Under the pieces are notes generated by a model that saw nothing but the letters and a program-made list of their open reading frames with translations, had not been told where the DNA came from and ran no database searches. Below, one piece after another: positions 1-15,235 of a DNA stretch of 64,000 nt. Each line of letters opens with the position of its first letter. Position 1 is the stretch's first letter. A program made the translations under genes and the position numbers. This DNA is from the human T2T-CHM13v2.0 reference genome, Homo sapiens, in assembly GCF_009914755.1 (NCBI RefSeq), contig NC_060930.1, one strand, 5' to 3'.

Positions 1-374
1 TGTCCCCTCCAAACCTCATGCTGAAACTTATCCCCAATATTGGAGGTGTGGCCTAGTGGGAAGTGTTTGGGTCTTGGTGTGAACCTCTAATTAATGCCCC
101 CCTTGGGGTGAGGGAGTTCTCATTCTATTCGTTCCAGAGAGAGCTGGCTGTTGGAAAGAGCCTGGCACCTCCCCCATTCTTGCTTCCTCATGTGCCATGT
201 GATCTCTGCACATTCCCCTCCCATTCACCTTCCGCCATGAGCCTGATGCCCACAGCTGATGCCCAATCTTGAACTTTTCCAGCTCTTAGAATTGTGAGCC
301 AAATAAACCTTCTTTCTTTATAAATTACTCAGCCTCAGATATTCCTTTATAGCAACACAAAACAGACTAAGACA
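1..374 (+). mobile_element. MaLR solo LTR (MST family), 5' end cut by the window edge
   Basis: MST-type motifs: ccccaatattggaggtgtggcc, tgtgagccaaataaacc and the 3' terminus tatagcaacacaaaacagactaagaca. Confidence 0.85.
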
Positions 375-867
375 GAAGCTTCCTCTGGTTTTGGCAACAC
401 GGTGACCCTTACAAGATCAGGTTCAGTGGAGTGGTAAGAGTGAGAAGAATGGGAGGGGAGGCAGTGGGTTCAGTGACCATAGATGACACACATGAGTGAC
501 CCTTGGAGCAGATCAGAGAAACAGGCCAGAGCTAGAGCTGTGCCAGCTGGGTCAAGGGAGAATTATTTTAGGGAATGATTTCAGAGCACACTTGAATATT
601 GGTAAGAATGATCTAGTAGAAAGGATAAAAGAGATGGTGGAGGAAAGAGAGAAAAAGAAGAGAGATTACTGAAAAGCAAGCAGGATGGAATCCAGAGAAG
701 GTAGGATTTGGCCTTGATAGAAGCAGGGAAATTTCATCCATCATAGCAGGAGAAAAGACCAGAAAGAACTGGCATAGATGTGGGTAGACCAGGAGATCTG
801 GAGGGAACAAGGGAAGGGGGTTCCTTTCTGATTGTTTCCATTTTCTTGATGCATCCTAAAACAACAT

Positions 868-1159
868 TGATAAGGTTTGTGTCTGTGCCCCTACAAAATC
901 TCATGTTGAGTTCTAATTCCCAATGTTGGAGGTGGGGCCTGGTGGGAGGTGTTTGGGTTATGCGGGCAGATCCCTCATGGCATGGCGCGATCCTCACAAT
1001 AGTGAATGAGTTCTCCCAAGATCTGGTTGTTGTACAGTGTGACACCTCCCACCCCAACTCTCTCTCTTGCTCTGGCTCCTGCCGTGTGAGACACCTGCTC
1101 CCCCTTCACCTTCTGCCATGATTGGAGGCTCCCTGAGGCCCTTAACAGGAGCCAAGCCA
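868..1159 (+). mobile_element. MSTA-like MaLR LTR, 3'-truncated
   Basis: Starts tgataaggtttg...aaatctcatgttgagttctaattcccaatgttggaggtggggcc and stops after gaggcccttaacaggagcc, without the LTR 3' end. Confidence 0.85.
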
Positions 1160-1617
1160 AGGACCAAACGCAGCTGTGTTCCAATAAAACTTTATTTATA
1201 GGCTGGGCACGGTGGCTCACGCCTGTAATCCCAGCACTTTGGGAGGCCGAGGCGGGCAGATCACGAGGTCAGGAGTTCGAGACCAGCCTGGCCAGCATGG
1301 TGAAACCCTGTTTCTACTAAAAATACAAATAGCCGGGCATGCTTGAACCTGGCAGGCAGAGTTTGCGGTGAGCCAAGATCGCACCGCTGCACTCCAGCCT
1401 GAGAGAGAGAGCGAGACTCCATCTCAAAAAAATAAAATAAAAAAATTTTAAAAAACTTTGTTTATAAACGCTAAAATTTGAATTTCAGATAATTTCTATC
1501 TTCATAAAATATTCTTCTTTTGATTTTTTTCCAACCATTTAAAAGTAAGAAAACTGTTCTTAGTTCATGGGCCTTATACACACAGGTGGCCCACAGGCTG
1601 TAATTTGCTGACCTTTG
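1160..1617 (-). mobile_element. MER58B-like hAT-Charlie element, partial, interrupted by an Alu
   Basis: gctgtgttccaataaaactttattt ... aaatttgaatttca ... gttcttagttcatgggcc ... ggctgtaatttgctgacc resemble the MER58B reverse complement. Confidence 0.7.
1201..1451 (+). mobile_element. AluS with internal right-arm deletion
   Basis: Alu 5' end ggctgggcacggtggctcacg; sequence jumps from gccgggcatg to cttgaacc; TSD aaaactttatttata / aaaactttgtttata. Confidence 0.95.
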
Positions 1618-2409
1618 TGTTAGAGGAAAACATGCGGTTCTTTTTCGTGACAGACTGGGAAGTGAGTGAAGCCTTTGGCCAGGGCATACCTCTCTTGGAC
1701 AGCGTGAGGTGGTGCGGCCATCCAGGTGCAGGGTCTTCTGAGCCATGTCAGAAACAGTTAGGGCTTCTTGCCTCCTGCTAGCAGAGATTTATTTCTCCTT
1801 TCAACTTGTATTTTCCAACTTTTCTTTAAAAACCCTGTATTAATTCCGGCATTTAAAGGTTCTGCGTATCTTGCAGCAGAGAGAAACAATTAGTCCTGTA
1901 CAAGTGACCATCTGCACCTCCAGTGCTGACTCAGGAGTTGACAAGAACCCAAGCCTCACTGAGGTTTGAGTGCCAGCTTTGCAACCTTAGCTGTCTTCAG
2001 GTTGTGAAGTTCATTCCAGTCATACTGAAATTTCAAGACAGTTAATCTATAACTATTTTGGATTAGGAAATATTATAGGCATATTTTACTAATTGAATTG
2101 AGAATACCAACATGAAAAATTCTTTTTAACATTCTAATTTACTCTCAGATTTTTTTAAAACTACTAAATTATTTTTAAATCCTGTGTATCTTCATGTGTA
2201 AGAGAGAATATGAAAATAGTTTTAAATAAATTGATAGAACCGAAAACTAGGGAAAATTCAGACAGAGAAAGCATGGAGAATATAATTTCCTGTTAAGAAC
2301 AAAGGAGGTGATAACAAAGGTAATTTAATTATAAGACCAAGATGAATTTAACATAATGTTCAAATGTTCATCGATCACTCATTCCAAGAATTTTAAAAGA
2401 AAATTTTAA

Positions 2410-2717
<308 letters not shown>

Positions 2718-2815
2718 AATAAATTAATTTTTTTAACCAGTGTAAACTCTCTAATTTTTTAAAAGATAGAATACTGTTGTTTTTTTTCAGGCACATTTCC
2801 ATGTTTTACTTTCCA

Positions 2816-3009
2816 GATCTGCCCCCATAAACCAAACACCCCCTACCAGGCCCTCCCACCCACCTCCAACATTGGGAATTACAATTCGACATGAGATTTG
2901 GTAGGGACACAGGCATGGAACATATCATTGTTGTTTTAGGATGCATCAAGAAAATGGAAACAATTAGAAACAATCAGAAAGGAACCCCTTTCCCTTGTTC
3001 CTTCCAGAT
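2816..3009 (-). repeat. Inverted duplicate of 796-972 (unique flank plus MSTA LTR 5' end)
   Basis: Reverse complement aligns to 796-972, including the non-LTR sequence ggaacaagggaa...gatgcatcctaaaacaaca. Confidence 0.92.
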
Positions 3010-3031
3010 AAATCATTAGAGTGGCACAGTA

Positions 3032-3336
<305 letters not shown>

Positions 3337-3529
3337 GTATTTTTAAAAATTCACTTTAAAATGGACATATCTGGGTTATACTTATTTCAGGGAGTTACAG
3401 ACCTACCTACAGGGTGTATGTTTCAATCAAACGTCTCTAGCACATCCACCTCTATTCATAGCTTTGCCAAGGGTTGTGGAGTACCAAAAGCACAAATTTT
3501 GCCAAAGGCCATCTAGGGCATCACTCATG

Positions 3530-3680
3530 GTCACTTGCTGGTTGTGTGACTTGGGCAAGCTATTTACCTTTCTGAGCCTCGGATTTATTCCTACAACAAG
3601 GAAAATATGATACTTAGCACTTGGAATTGCCAGGGGATTAAAAATGATAACATATAAAAGCTCCTAGAGAGTCCCTGGGA
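3530..3680 (+). mobile_element. MIR fragment
   Basis: MIR core tgtgtgacttgggcaagctatttacctttctgagcctc. Confidence 0.7.
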
Positions 3681-4136
3681 GACAGGTAAACTCTTACCAG
3701 GTGTCGGGACTCTTGTCTTAGTTCCCAAGCTAAATGTAGCCAGCACTCTAAGAGCCTCTGTACACTGACGCAAAAGGGACAAAGCAGAGTGCTTGGCACA
3801 TAGTCAGTGCTCAACACACATTTGGAGGCTGATGAGTTAATTAACTGGCTAATTAATTAATGTAACCAAGGGCCTTCCATAAAAGAACAACAAAATCACA
3901 ATGATTTATTTCTATGGATGTTTTACAGTCTCTCCAATGAGTGAGTCATGTCTAGAGGGCCACTATTACACAAGGAGGGATGGAAGCTAAACAGGACCAC
4001 GTTGTGAGCTGAGGGCATGGATGTTTCTCTCTTCATTTTCAACCAATTTGTTCTTTCGTCCAACGTGCTTTCAGTCAGTGCTCTAGACTTGTTTATTGGC
4101 TCCCAGCCGACGTCTCTAAGAAGGGTAGGTAGTCCT

Positions 4137-4569
<433 letters not shown>

Positions 4570-5187
4570 TCAATGAGATGCTCAAAGTTTCAAACCGAGG
4601 TATGCAGACACCACTGGCAGATGCAATGAACTCGATAGTCAATAAAGGTAGCATTGGAAAATCAAGCTTGGTGGCATTATTGAGCTATATTCAAAGTGAG
4701 TAAACAAAGGAAGTCAGTTGAGAGAAAAAACAAGAGCAGATGTGTAAGGAAAAGCAAAAATGAGAGGCCATGTAGCCTGCGAGAGGCCACTGGAAAGGAT
4801 AGCTGCCATGGCATCCAGGAGGTGAGGGTCCTGCTCTTGGCTCTTGGGCTCCAGAGGCCCTAAGCACTCATGCCTGCTGAGTGTCCTCTCAATTGGCCAG
4901 TGACATTAATCTGTGATACTGTTGGCTGGGTCAACAGGACAGTCTGTAGTGTGAAATGGAAAATTCTCTGCAACCTCATCTGGCCCATTGGAAGCCTTGC
5001 CATTAACTATCTAAGGTACACTATCAGGCAACAAGGTGGGAGAGCACAAGTAGGTTCAACTCTCCAGATCCTTATTCCCAACTCCTTCCACCTGTCTTAC
5101 CATAAGGTAAAAGCTCAAACCTCAAGGTAGTCTACAAAATGCAGCTAGAATTGTGGGCTTTCCTGACTTTTAAACTAGCTGCTTCCA

Positions 5188-5208
5188 TGTGTGTGTGTGT
5201 GTGTGTGT
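5188..5208. repeat. (TG)n microsatellite
   Basis: Direct reading. Confidence 0.9.
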
Positions 5209-5584
5209 TGCACACTCACAGCTGAATTGTAATTTATTCTCATTTGATTTCTTGGTGTCAGTCTGTAGAACCCCAAACCTGAATCATGGTGCCTATGCTA
5301 TCCTTTTCTCACAACTCACCCTCTCTGTGTGAATTTGATTTTCAAATCCACTAGTGTTTTGAAATGTCTGAATTATTCATTCAGAGAAGCAATGCACCAT
5401 GCACCAGACACCAAATTACTTTCTATGATACTTAGTCAAAGAAAAGGCCCCCTTTAAAAACACTTAATCTTAAATCTATCTAGTCTCAAGGAAGGAAAGT
5501 AAGTTCATATTCAAAATCTGTCAAGTCCTAAGTTGCCCTGGGGAAGTAAAAGCAAATTACAAAAACTGTTCCAGGGATTTGTCC

Positions 5585-6060
5585 ACACTTGTTCATAGCT
5601 GCATTATTCACAATAGTCCAAAGTGGAAGCAAACCAAGTTTTTCTCAACAGGTGAATGGATGAGCAAAATGTGATCTATCCACACGATGGAATATTACTC
5701 AGCCTTAAACAGGAAGAGAATTCTAACACATACTAGAACATGGATGAACCTTGAAGAAATTACACTCAGTGCAATAAGCCAATAAGTATTTGTCACAAAA
5801 CGACAAATACTGTATGATTCCACTCATATAAGGTTCCTAGAGGAGCCAAATTCAGAAACAGAAGGTAGGATGGGTGTTGCCAGGGGTTGAGGGAAGGGGC
5901 AACTGAGAGTTATTGTTTGATGGGTACAGAGCTTCAGTTTGGGAAGATGAAAAAGCTCTGGAGACGGATGGTGGTGCTCGTTGCACAACAGCATGAATGT
6001 ACTTAACGCTGCTGAACTATATGCTGGAAAATGGTTAAGATGTTAAATTTTATATTGTAT
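5585..6060 (+). mobile_element. Old L1 (L1MB-like) ORF2 end and 3' UTR fragment
   Basis: gcattattcacaatag, ggaatattactcagcc, catggatgaaccttgaa, tgtatgattccact, gggtacagagcttcagtttgggaagatgaaaaag. Confidence 0.85.
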
Positions 6061-6188
6061 GGAAGCATTACAAAAAGTATCCTGTAAAATCCTTTCTACC
6101 TGCCCACATACGTCTTCATGATAAGAGGCTTTTTTTTTTTTTAAGTTTACTTTTAAAGAATGGAACTCAGATAAGAAAAGACCATTTG

Positions 6189-6477
6189 GGCAGGGCGCGG
6201 TGGCTCACGCCTGTAATCCTAGCACTTTGGGAGGCTGAGGTTGGGGGGTCACCTGAGGTCAGGGGTTTCAGACCAGCCTAGCCAACATGGTGAAACCCCG
6301 TCTCTACTAAAAATACAAAAATTAGCTGGGCATGGTGGCACATGCCTGTGATCCCAGCTACTCAGGAGGCTGAGGCAGGAGAATCGCTTGAACCCAGGTG
6401 ACGGAGTTTGCAGTGAGCTGACATCGTGTCATTGCACTCCAGCCTGGGTGACAGAGTGAGTCTCCATCTCAAAAAAG
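6189..6477 (+). mobile_element. AluS
   Basis: Full Alu whose tail runs into a polypurine tract; TSD agaccatttg at 6179 and 6733. Confidence 0.95.
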
Positions 6478-6732
6478 AAGAAGAAGAAGGAGAAGGAGAA
6501 GAAGGGGAGGAGGAGGAAGAGGAGGAGGAAGAAGAAGGAGAAGGAGGAAGGGAGGGAGGAAGAGGAGGAGGAAGAAGAAGGAGAAGGAGGAAGGGAGGGA
6601 GGAAGAGGAGGAGGAAGAAGAAGGAGAAGGAGGAAGGGAGGGAGGAAGAGGAGGAGGAAGAAGAGGAAGAGGAGGAGGAGGAAAAGGAAGAAGAAGAAGG
6701 AGGAGGAAGAGAAAGAGGAGGAGGAGGAGGAG
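6471..6732. repeat. GA-rich polypurine tract containing a 43-bp tandem unit
   Basis: Pure purine run; the landmark gggaggga recurs at 6550, 6593 and 6636. Confidence 0.93.
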
Positions 6733-8069
6733 AGACCATTTGGGAAAGGTACAGGACCACCCCATTTGCTTCTCTGGACATAGAATACCAGCCAAGGAAA
6801 AGTTAGCACCAAAACAGGGTCAATTGATTTTGTTCCTTAAATTTGATGTCCCTCCTCATCCAACTCCTCTGCTCTCCACCCAGCACAGGCAGAGGTGACC
6901 AGTTCTTGCCCCAGGGCCTGTGCTGATGTCTGGCAGGACTCTGGAAGGAGCTTCCTCCTCCCCTTGGAGAGCATTGCCCAATGGCAGGTGGAATGAAAGG
7001 AGTTTTGTCTGAGATGTGTAGAGTAAAATCCTAGTCACATGCACAAAAATTTTCATGAATAAAGAGCTTTCATCAGAATACATTTGGATTTTGAAACAGA
7101 AAGTTGAAAGGTCTCACCACGTTTCTCAATGCAAAATTTGAAAGTGTGCTTAAAAGTCTTCCTTGTTGCTGTTGCCATTACTTAAATATGTTTATTTCAC
7201 TCTGCTATTGCTAGAGATGGATAATACCTCTGAATGTGTAAGATTTCTAAATGAGCATGCTTCTTTTGTAACCTAAATCTCCCCAGGTTTTACAGCCATA
7301 TGGCGCTCCTCTTCCTTTAATAGTCAATTAAATATATGCACGCTATAATCTCACAGGACGGCACAGAGACCAGCAGTCCCAATATTAACCATCCAGGGAG
7401 GGTCTGGTCCAGGCAGTTTTTTGCGTTGCCTCTTGCTACAACACCTGACTCCAGCTTGGTGCTGGAGAGCCTTAGGCCTCTGCCCTCTCTTCATAATAAC
7501 CTGGTGCAAACAAAGCACCTCTCTTCCCACCAGATTCCCCAAGATGATGTGGCATTATGCATGATGGCCAATGCATGAGTACAGGGAGAAACTCGAAATA
7601 GAATATCAGACCTCTAGTTCCTAGAAATCATTGCCAATTTCTTGGCACTGGGTCCAGGCCTCTTATCAGATTGCTGGGGTCCTCACCTCTCTCAAGTACT
7701 GTTGCCCTATACCTTCTTCCCTCTGGAGGCCCCAGCCCCTTCTCTTTAGGGCTGCCAGAGGGGAATCACAGAATTCTCCTTCTTTTGTGCTGAGCCATAT
7801 ACCTTGCTAGGCTTCAATCTCTTCATTCACATTATGTTTTAAGCCCATTAATGTATTTTCCTGATAAAAGAGACATTTGCCTTGGTTTTTCACCATAAGC
7901 AACCAAAGACAAAAGCAACAGAAACATTTAAATTATGTTTTTATCAATTTAAAATTTTTCTCATGACTTCAAGCTTTTCCCAAACGTTATCTTCCCAATG
8001 AGGTTTACAATGGCCGTGCTGTTTAAAATAGGCAAGCTGTCGTCCTCTCCCTCCTGATCTTCTTATCTT

Positions 8070-8500
8070 GCTGTCTAGGATCGTGTTCCCTGGAACAAAA
8101 GGCTGAGACCGAGAGAGAGGCATGCAGCAGGCTCTTGGGGGGTGCTCAGGGAGCACACACCTGTGAGGAAGCTGGGAAGGCAGGATCGGGAGAGAGAAGC
8201 CGGCACCCCATGTGGTTGGCTGGCTGCCACTGAGGACTGAGCCAGCCTTACAGGGAGCTCTGGAGCTGGGAAGGCCCTAGAGTGTCTCCAGTTGAGGAAA
8301 GGGGCTGGGCCTTATATCCCAGGTCAGGCAGACTTGGTCATGGGCTTCACCCTGGGAAAGGCATAACTGTAAGCAAGACTGTTTCCAGAAGCTGAGGGAG
8401 GCAGCTGTGATTCACCAGCCACCGATATCCCAGCAGCTCGGGGATGGGGATATCTTCATCCTGAAGAGGAGGTCTGGACAGAAACCCATAACATCCACTG
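8070..8500. mobile_element. Old ERVL-class LTR (LTR16-like)
   Basis: gggagctctggagctgggaaggccct...gaggaaaggggctgggccttatatccc resembles the LTR16 group; subfamily and strand uncertain. Confidence 0.5.
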
Positions 8501-8559
8501 TGCCTGCTCTACTTGACTTTTTCCAATGGCACCTGCCACCTCGTACCATGCTATACACA

Positions 8560-9045
<486 letters not shown>

Positions 9046-9644
9046 ATTCACGTGTCTCAAGTTAAATACTTAGGTAGGATGCAGGTGTTCCTTACACCAG
9101 CCATCACCATAGAGAAGGCAGTGGAAGATCTTTTCTCTCTCTTTCCAGGGCAAATCTGAAAGATATTTTCTTCTCCTCCCTACAATAGACTAGTCATTTC
9201 TGTGCACTCCTTGCTTGATTAGCAAGCTGTGTAACCTTAACCTAGTCACTCAGTCTCTCAGCGCCGCCCTTCTTATTTGAAATCATTTTTGATGGATCGG
9301 AGTTGATGAAATTGACTTCCTGCTTACATATTCTAAGAATTTGTTGAACATCTGCGGATGGCCCAGCATTTTCCCTGTTATTATTTTAAAGATGCCAACT
9401 CTAAAATTCTGTGAAATATAGGGCCACATAAAGCAATCTTCTGACCCTTTGTGAATCGATAACTGCTGATCCTATTCTGCAGAAAGCCCAGGAAGTAAGT
9501 CCTGACAACATCCAGGAGCACATTCTAGAACGTATAGAATCACACAGTTAAAAAGTCTCCCTCTTTTCTAAATTCTTACTGCCACAACTAGTCATATGTC
9601 TCTTTATAAATAAGCATTTTTCATTAAACTCTGAGTTCCTCTTA

Positions 9645-10104
<460 letters not shown>

Positions 10105-11317
10105 TCAACTTACTTAAACAATTAGACTATACCCACTCACAGCATTGAACAGCCATGGGCCAAGACCCTTAGATGATCAGAATCTTGTCTTGTCTCTTAG
10201 AGATGAAAAAACTTTTGGGAATACCTACATCTGCCTGAAGATATTTAATCAAATCTATTATCTATTTAATAATTTGCTTTAGGTGTTGTGGCTTTTAACA
10301 ATGGAGTGGGCAATCAACTTCATGAAAATTATCATGCCTAACCCTTGCAACAACAATTATATGACCCATTCAACTCAAAAGGAACCTGAGGTACAGTGAA
10401 ATTAAGTGGCTTGCTCACAGTCACAGAACTTGGTAGAATCTGGATTCGTAACTGGTTCTTTCTCACTGCAGTGACTGAACTCTCTCTGCTACACTATCCC
10501 TAATAGATTGCATAATACTTGTCTTATGAAGGAATAGAAAATTAATGGGGAGGAAAAGAGAGAAAAAAATCCCTTATAGTGCTTCCAAAAGGTGAAGTAG
10601 GAAAAGCAGTATTTTGACACCTGTATGCAAATGCCTACAGAGGCCAGGCACGTAACCAAAAACGCCAGTGGGGGAAGGTGGGGAGCAGGTGAGTACCAGG
10701 TGGGGCCTTTGGCTGCCTGAGGGGCACAGCTCTGTCCCCGTGTCAGTCAGCTGCTGTTGTTGGGCAGGCATTTGTTTTCATGAATCTTCTGATTTCTTTC
10801 AAGGGAAATTAGAAATTGGTATTTTCCTGTAAATCTCCTGATTTGTAATTGTTCTCAATAAATTCAAATATTTTTATTAAAAATATAAAACTATGGGAGT
10901 CATAAAAAAACCCACTACTATGGCACCATTTTGTGACCCCTGGCCCAGAGCATGAAGTCCTATAGTGATGAGGTCAGAAGAATTCTTCCAGAATTTCATA
11001 GACAAAATATTACAGAGAATAGGCTCCTGTTTGGTGCAGTTTTTAGCCCTGTTACAAAAAAGAAGGCAGGCTGTCAGCCACCTCTCATTAACCACTATGT
11101 GGAGCAACAACAGCCAACTCTTTTAGTGAAGGCTTTGAGTACCTATCTCCATTTCTCTAAATAACATGCTTATATTGTAATTTCTTGATCTTTTTAAGCT
11201 TTAGGCATTTGCTATGGACTTCCAACTCTGGAAGATGGCCATTTGGGTCTCTTTCATATTACATCCTCAACATACACTCCTATACATACCTTCCATGTCT
11301 TCCCATCCTACCATCAA

Positions 11318-11888
11318 TGACACAGGTGAACCCCAAAATTAGGGCTCAGCCCAGGTGGGTTCTTGGCTTCACATAGGAAAAAATTCAAGAGCATGCCAAC
11401 AAAATAAAGTGAAATCAAAGCAAGTTTATTATAGCAACAGAGTATAGGAAAATGGCTGCTCCACAAACACAGCAGGGCTGCCCTATAGGCAGAGTAGCAC
11501 TTGTGGATTGCTGGCTAGCTGTATTTATAACTATGCCTTAATTATATGCTAAATAAGGGGCAGGGTATTCACACATTTTCTAGAGAAGGGGTGAGGAGCT
11601 CCTGGAACCAAGAGTTCCTCCCCTTCTAAACCATATAAAGTAAATTCTGGGCATTTCCATTGCATTTATAAACTGTCATAGTGCTGGTGGGAGTGTCTTT
11701 TAGCATGTAGTGCATTATAACTAGCGTATAACAAGCAGTGAGGACAACTTGAGGTCACTTTTGTTGCCATCTTGGTTTTAGCTGGTTTTGTTCAGTTTCT
11801 TTAAACATCCTGTTTTGACCAGATCCTGTTTGATCAGCAGGGTTGGAACAAGTGCTCAGAAAACAAGTCCTGCTGATCTCCCACCTCA
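11318..11888 (-). mobile_element. ERV1 solo LTR (MER66-like)
   Basis: TG...CA termini; caggtgaaccccaaaattagggctcagccc...gttcttggcttc, agcaagtttatt (poly-A signal, reverse complement), gccatcttggttt, cctgctgatctcccacctca. Confidence 0.7.
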
Positions 11889-12524
11889 CCAATATTTTCT
11901 GTTATTAAGTTTAATTGGATCACTATCCACTGCTTACATTACCATGACTGTGAAGATGCCATTCACAACTGAGCCACATAGTATACTATGATGACTTTTT
12001 CTTTCCTAAAAACTGTGTTTTTCTAGAAGTTAATAATCATTCTCTTTCTTTTGCTTAGTTAGTTTTTTCTGTACCTTCCACTAATCCAATCCCAAATTCT
12101 CAACCACCTATTAAACCTCTCAATATTTTCAGGTTATTGGGCCATCTGGGACTCTTCTGGAGGTTTCTGATGTCTTAGATCAGGAATGATTGCCCTCTCT
12201 GCCCAGGGTGAAGCAGTCCTCCCAGGATGTCTGAAAGATCCTTCCACCTTTTTCATGTATTAATTCCCCCTTTTCTAGCATTCTATGCATCCTTCTTTCT
12301 TATTTCCTTGTTTTGGAGAAGCCAATCCTCCAATAGCTTCTTGAATAACATGAGAGGTAAATGTTTTGAGCCTTACATATCTAGGAAATGTGTATTATTC
12401 TCCCATACACTCAAGTAACAGTTTGAGCATAGAGTTCCAGGATGGAATTAGTTTTCCTTTAGATATTTCAAAGCATTGCTTGATTATCCCCTACCTTCCA
12501 ACAATATCATTGAAAAGCTTTCTA

Positions 12525-13806
12525 CAATGGGGAAAGGATTCTCTATTTAATAAATGGTGCTGGGAAAACTGGCTAGACATATGTAGAAAGTTGAAACTGG
12601 ATCCCTTCCTTACACCTTATACAAAAATTAATTCAAGATGGAATAAAGACTTAAATGTTAGACCTAAAACCATAAAAACCCTAGAAGAAAACCTCCGCAA
12701 TACCATTCAGGACATAGGCATGGGCAAGGACTTCATGTCTAAAACACCAAAAGCAATGGCAACAAAAGCCAAAATTGACAATTGGGATCTAATTAAACTA
12801 AAGAGCTTCTGCACAGCAAAAGAAACTACCATCACAGTGAACAGGCAACCTACAGAATGGGAGAAAATTTTTGCAACCTACTTATCTGACAAAGGGCTAA
12901 TATCCAGAATCTACAATGAACTCAAACAAATTTACAAGAAAAAAACAAACAACCCCATCAAAAAGTGGCAAAGGATATGAACAGACACTTCTCAAAAGAA
13001 GACATTTATGCAGCCAAAAAACACATGAAAAAATGCTCATCATCACTGGCCATCAGAGAAATGCAAATCAAAACCACAATGAGATACCATCTCACACCAG
13101 TTAGAATGTCAATCATTAAAAAGTCAGGAAACAACAGGTGCTGGAGAGGATGTGGAGAAATAGGAACACTTTTACACTGTTGGTGGGACTGTAAACTAGT
13201 TCAACCATTGTGGAAGTCAGTGTGGCGATTCCTCAGGGATCTAGAACTAGAAATACCATTTGACCCAGCCATCCCATTACTGGGTATATACCCAAAGGAT
13301 TATAAATCATGCTTCTATAAAGACACATGCACACATATGTTTACAGCGGCACTATTCACAATAGCAAAGACTTGGAACCAACCCAAATATCCAACAACAA
13401 TAGACTGGATTAAGAAAACGTGGCACATATACACCATGGAATACTATGCAGCCATAAAAAATGATGAGTTCATGTCCTTTGTAGGGACATGGATGAAGCT
13501 GGAAACCATCATTCTCAGCAAACTATCGCAAGGACAAAAAAACCAAACACCGCATGTTCTCGCTCATAGGTGGGAGTTGAACAATGAGAACACATGGACA
13601 CAGGAAGGGGAACATCACACACCGGGGACTGCTATGGGGTGGGGGGAGGGGGGAGGGATAGCATTAGAAGATATACCCAATGTTAAATGACGAGTTAATG
13701 GGTGCAACACACCAACATAGCACATGTATACATATGTAACAAACCTGTACAATGTGCACATGTACCCTAAAACTTAAAGTATAATAATAATAAAATAAAA
13801 TAAAAT
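12525..13806 (+). mobile_element. 5'-truncated L1PA (about L1PA4): ORF2 C-terminus, 3' UTR and A-rich tail
   Basis: Translates to ORF2 C-terminal peptides ([16 protein letters not shown]; [25 protein letters not shown]). Frameshifts near 12965 and 13540. G-rich 3' UTR with gttaaatgacgag. TSD aaaagctt(t)tcta at 12513 and 13807. Confidence 0.97.
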
Positions 13807-14384
13807 AAAAGCTTTTCTAAATACTGTTTCTTTTATGTGACCTCTTTACATTTCCTCTCTCTGATACTTTCTGGTGGGTCACGTTTTATTTTCATTTACT
13901 AAAACTTGGGGAAATTCTTATAGATGTATGGGTTCACCCTGTCACCTTTACCCTGAAGTTCCAATCATGTATTTCTACTCCCCCACGACTGAGCAAGTTA
14001 GAAGCTGCCCATGTAATCGCATTACAAAGGCTATTGGAACAACAGCAGAAGAGCTGGAGTCTCTCATGTGAGGTGAGAACTACACAACAATAAAAAATGA
14101 AAAAAGCAAGCTACACACCAAAACCTCACAAAACAGCAACTTGGACAAGAAGACTCTCCAGTTGGCCTTTCCTGGTCCCCAACCCAGAAGACAGGCAACC
14201 CCTTGACCTGCTTCACAAGATTCCTCAGGATTTGCCTGGCTGCTGGAAGTTCTGCTTGGCTGGTGTGGGTGGACATTCAGGCATGTTAGTGGGTTCTATT
14301 TCTTATACATTGGACTTGCCAGTTTAGTGTTTGTTACTTCATCCCTGGAACTGAATGTGAATTCTGTAATCCTAAAAGACATAT

Positions 14385-14490
14385 GGGATGCCGAGGCCAG
14401 CGGATTACTTGAGGTCAGGAGCTCGAGACCAGACTGGCCAACATGTCGAATCCCCATCTCTACTAAAAATGCAAAAATTTAAAAAAGAAA
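14385..14490 (+). mobile_element. Alu left-arm fragment
   Basis: gaggtcaggagctcgagaccagactggccaacatg...ctctactaaaaatgcaaaaatt. Confidence 0.85.
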
Positions 14491-14499
14491 TAGATATTC

Positions 14500-15235
14500 T
14501 TCTAAAAAGCCGCAATGCAATGATCGCAACTCAGAAATTCCCTACAGTAATTCCCTACTGTCACCTAATATCTAGTGCATATTCCAATTTCCTCAACTGT
14601 TCCTTAAATGTCTCTCTTAGATGTTTTTTTTTTTCCTGTTCTTCATCACCTTATTGGTGGCTGTTGTTTTGACCGAGGATCTGAGGTAAATATTCCTCAT
14701 TTGACTCTCATGTCTCTTTAGACTCCTTTAATCTTTTCCTCTAGAACGGTCCCCCCAACCACTCCCCCGACACACACTTTTAAATCATGATGTTGATTTT
14801 CTTCCTGAGTCCAGGACAGTCTTCTTGTAAAATTTCCCCTATTCTTGATGTGTCGGTTTGCTTCCTCATCCTACTGTGTAGCTTGTCCTTAGCCTGCCCC
14901 CGTATTTCCAGTAACTTGAAGGATAGGTCTAGAGGCTTGATGAGATTCAGAATGAATGTTTGGGCAAGAGCATGCCCTGAGTGAGACTGTGTGCTTTATG
15001 CTGCAGCCCATCAGGAGGCCCACAAAGTTGGGTAGTGTCATGATGAGTGCTGCCAAGTTTGACCATTTCAGCCAAGTGGTGACCATCGGATCTCTCCATC
15101 ATGAAGGTGCTTTTATCCCATGCAATTAGCAAACAACTCTGGAGAGATTGGCACATGTGGGTCCCCTGTGCCTCAACAATCCGCCCAATGGCTTGGCCCC
15201 ATTGATGATCCTTTAGGGTAGCAATCATTACATGA
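14500..15235 (-). mobile_element. Ancient L1M (L1MC/L1ME) 3' fragment
   Basis: aagtttgaccatttcagccaagtggtgacc...tctctccat and cattgatgatcctt resemble old L1M 3' UTR reverse complement. Confidence 0.55.

Noticed and set aside
6362-6812. Glu/Arg-, Ser/Pro- and Leu/Phe-rich ORFs on both strands
   Set aside because: Artefacts of a stop-free purine repeat plus Alu sequence
12366-13690. 204-aa and 241-aa ORFs
   Set aside because: Frameshifted pieces of L1 ORF2 from a 5'-truncated element, not a host gene or an active L1
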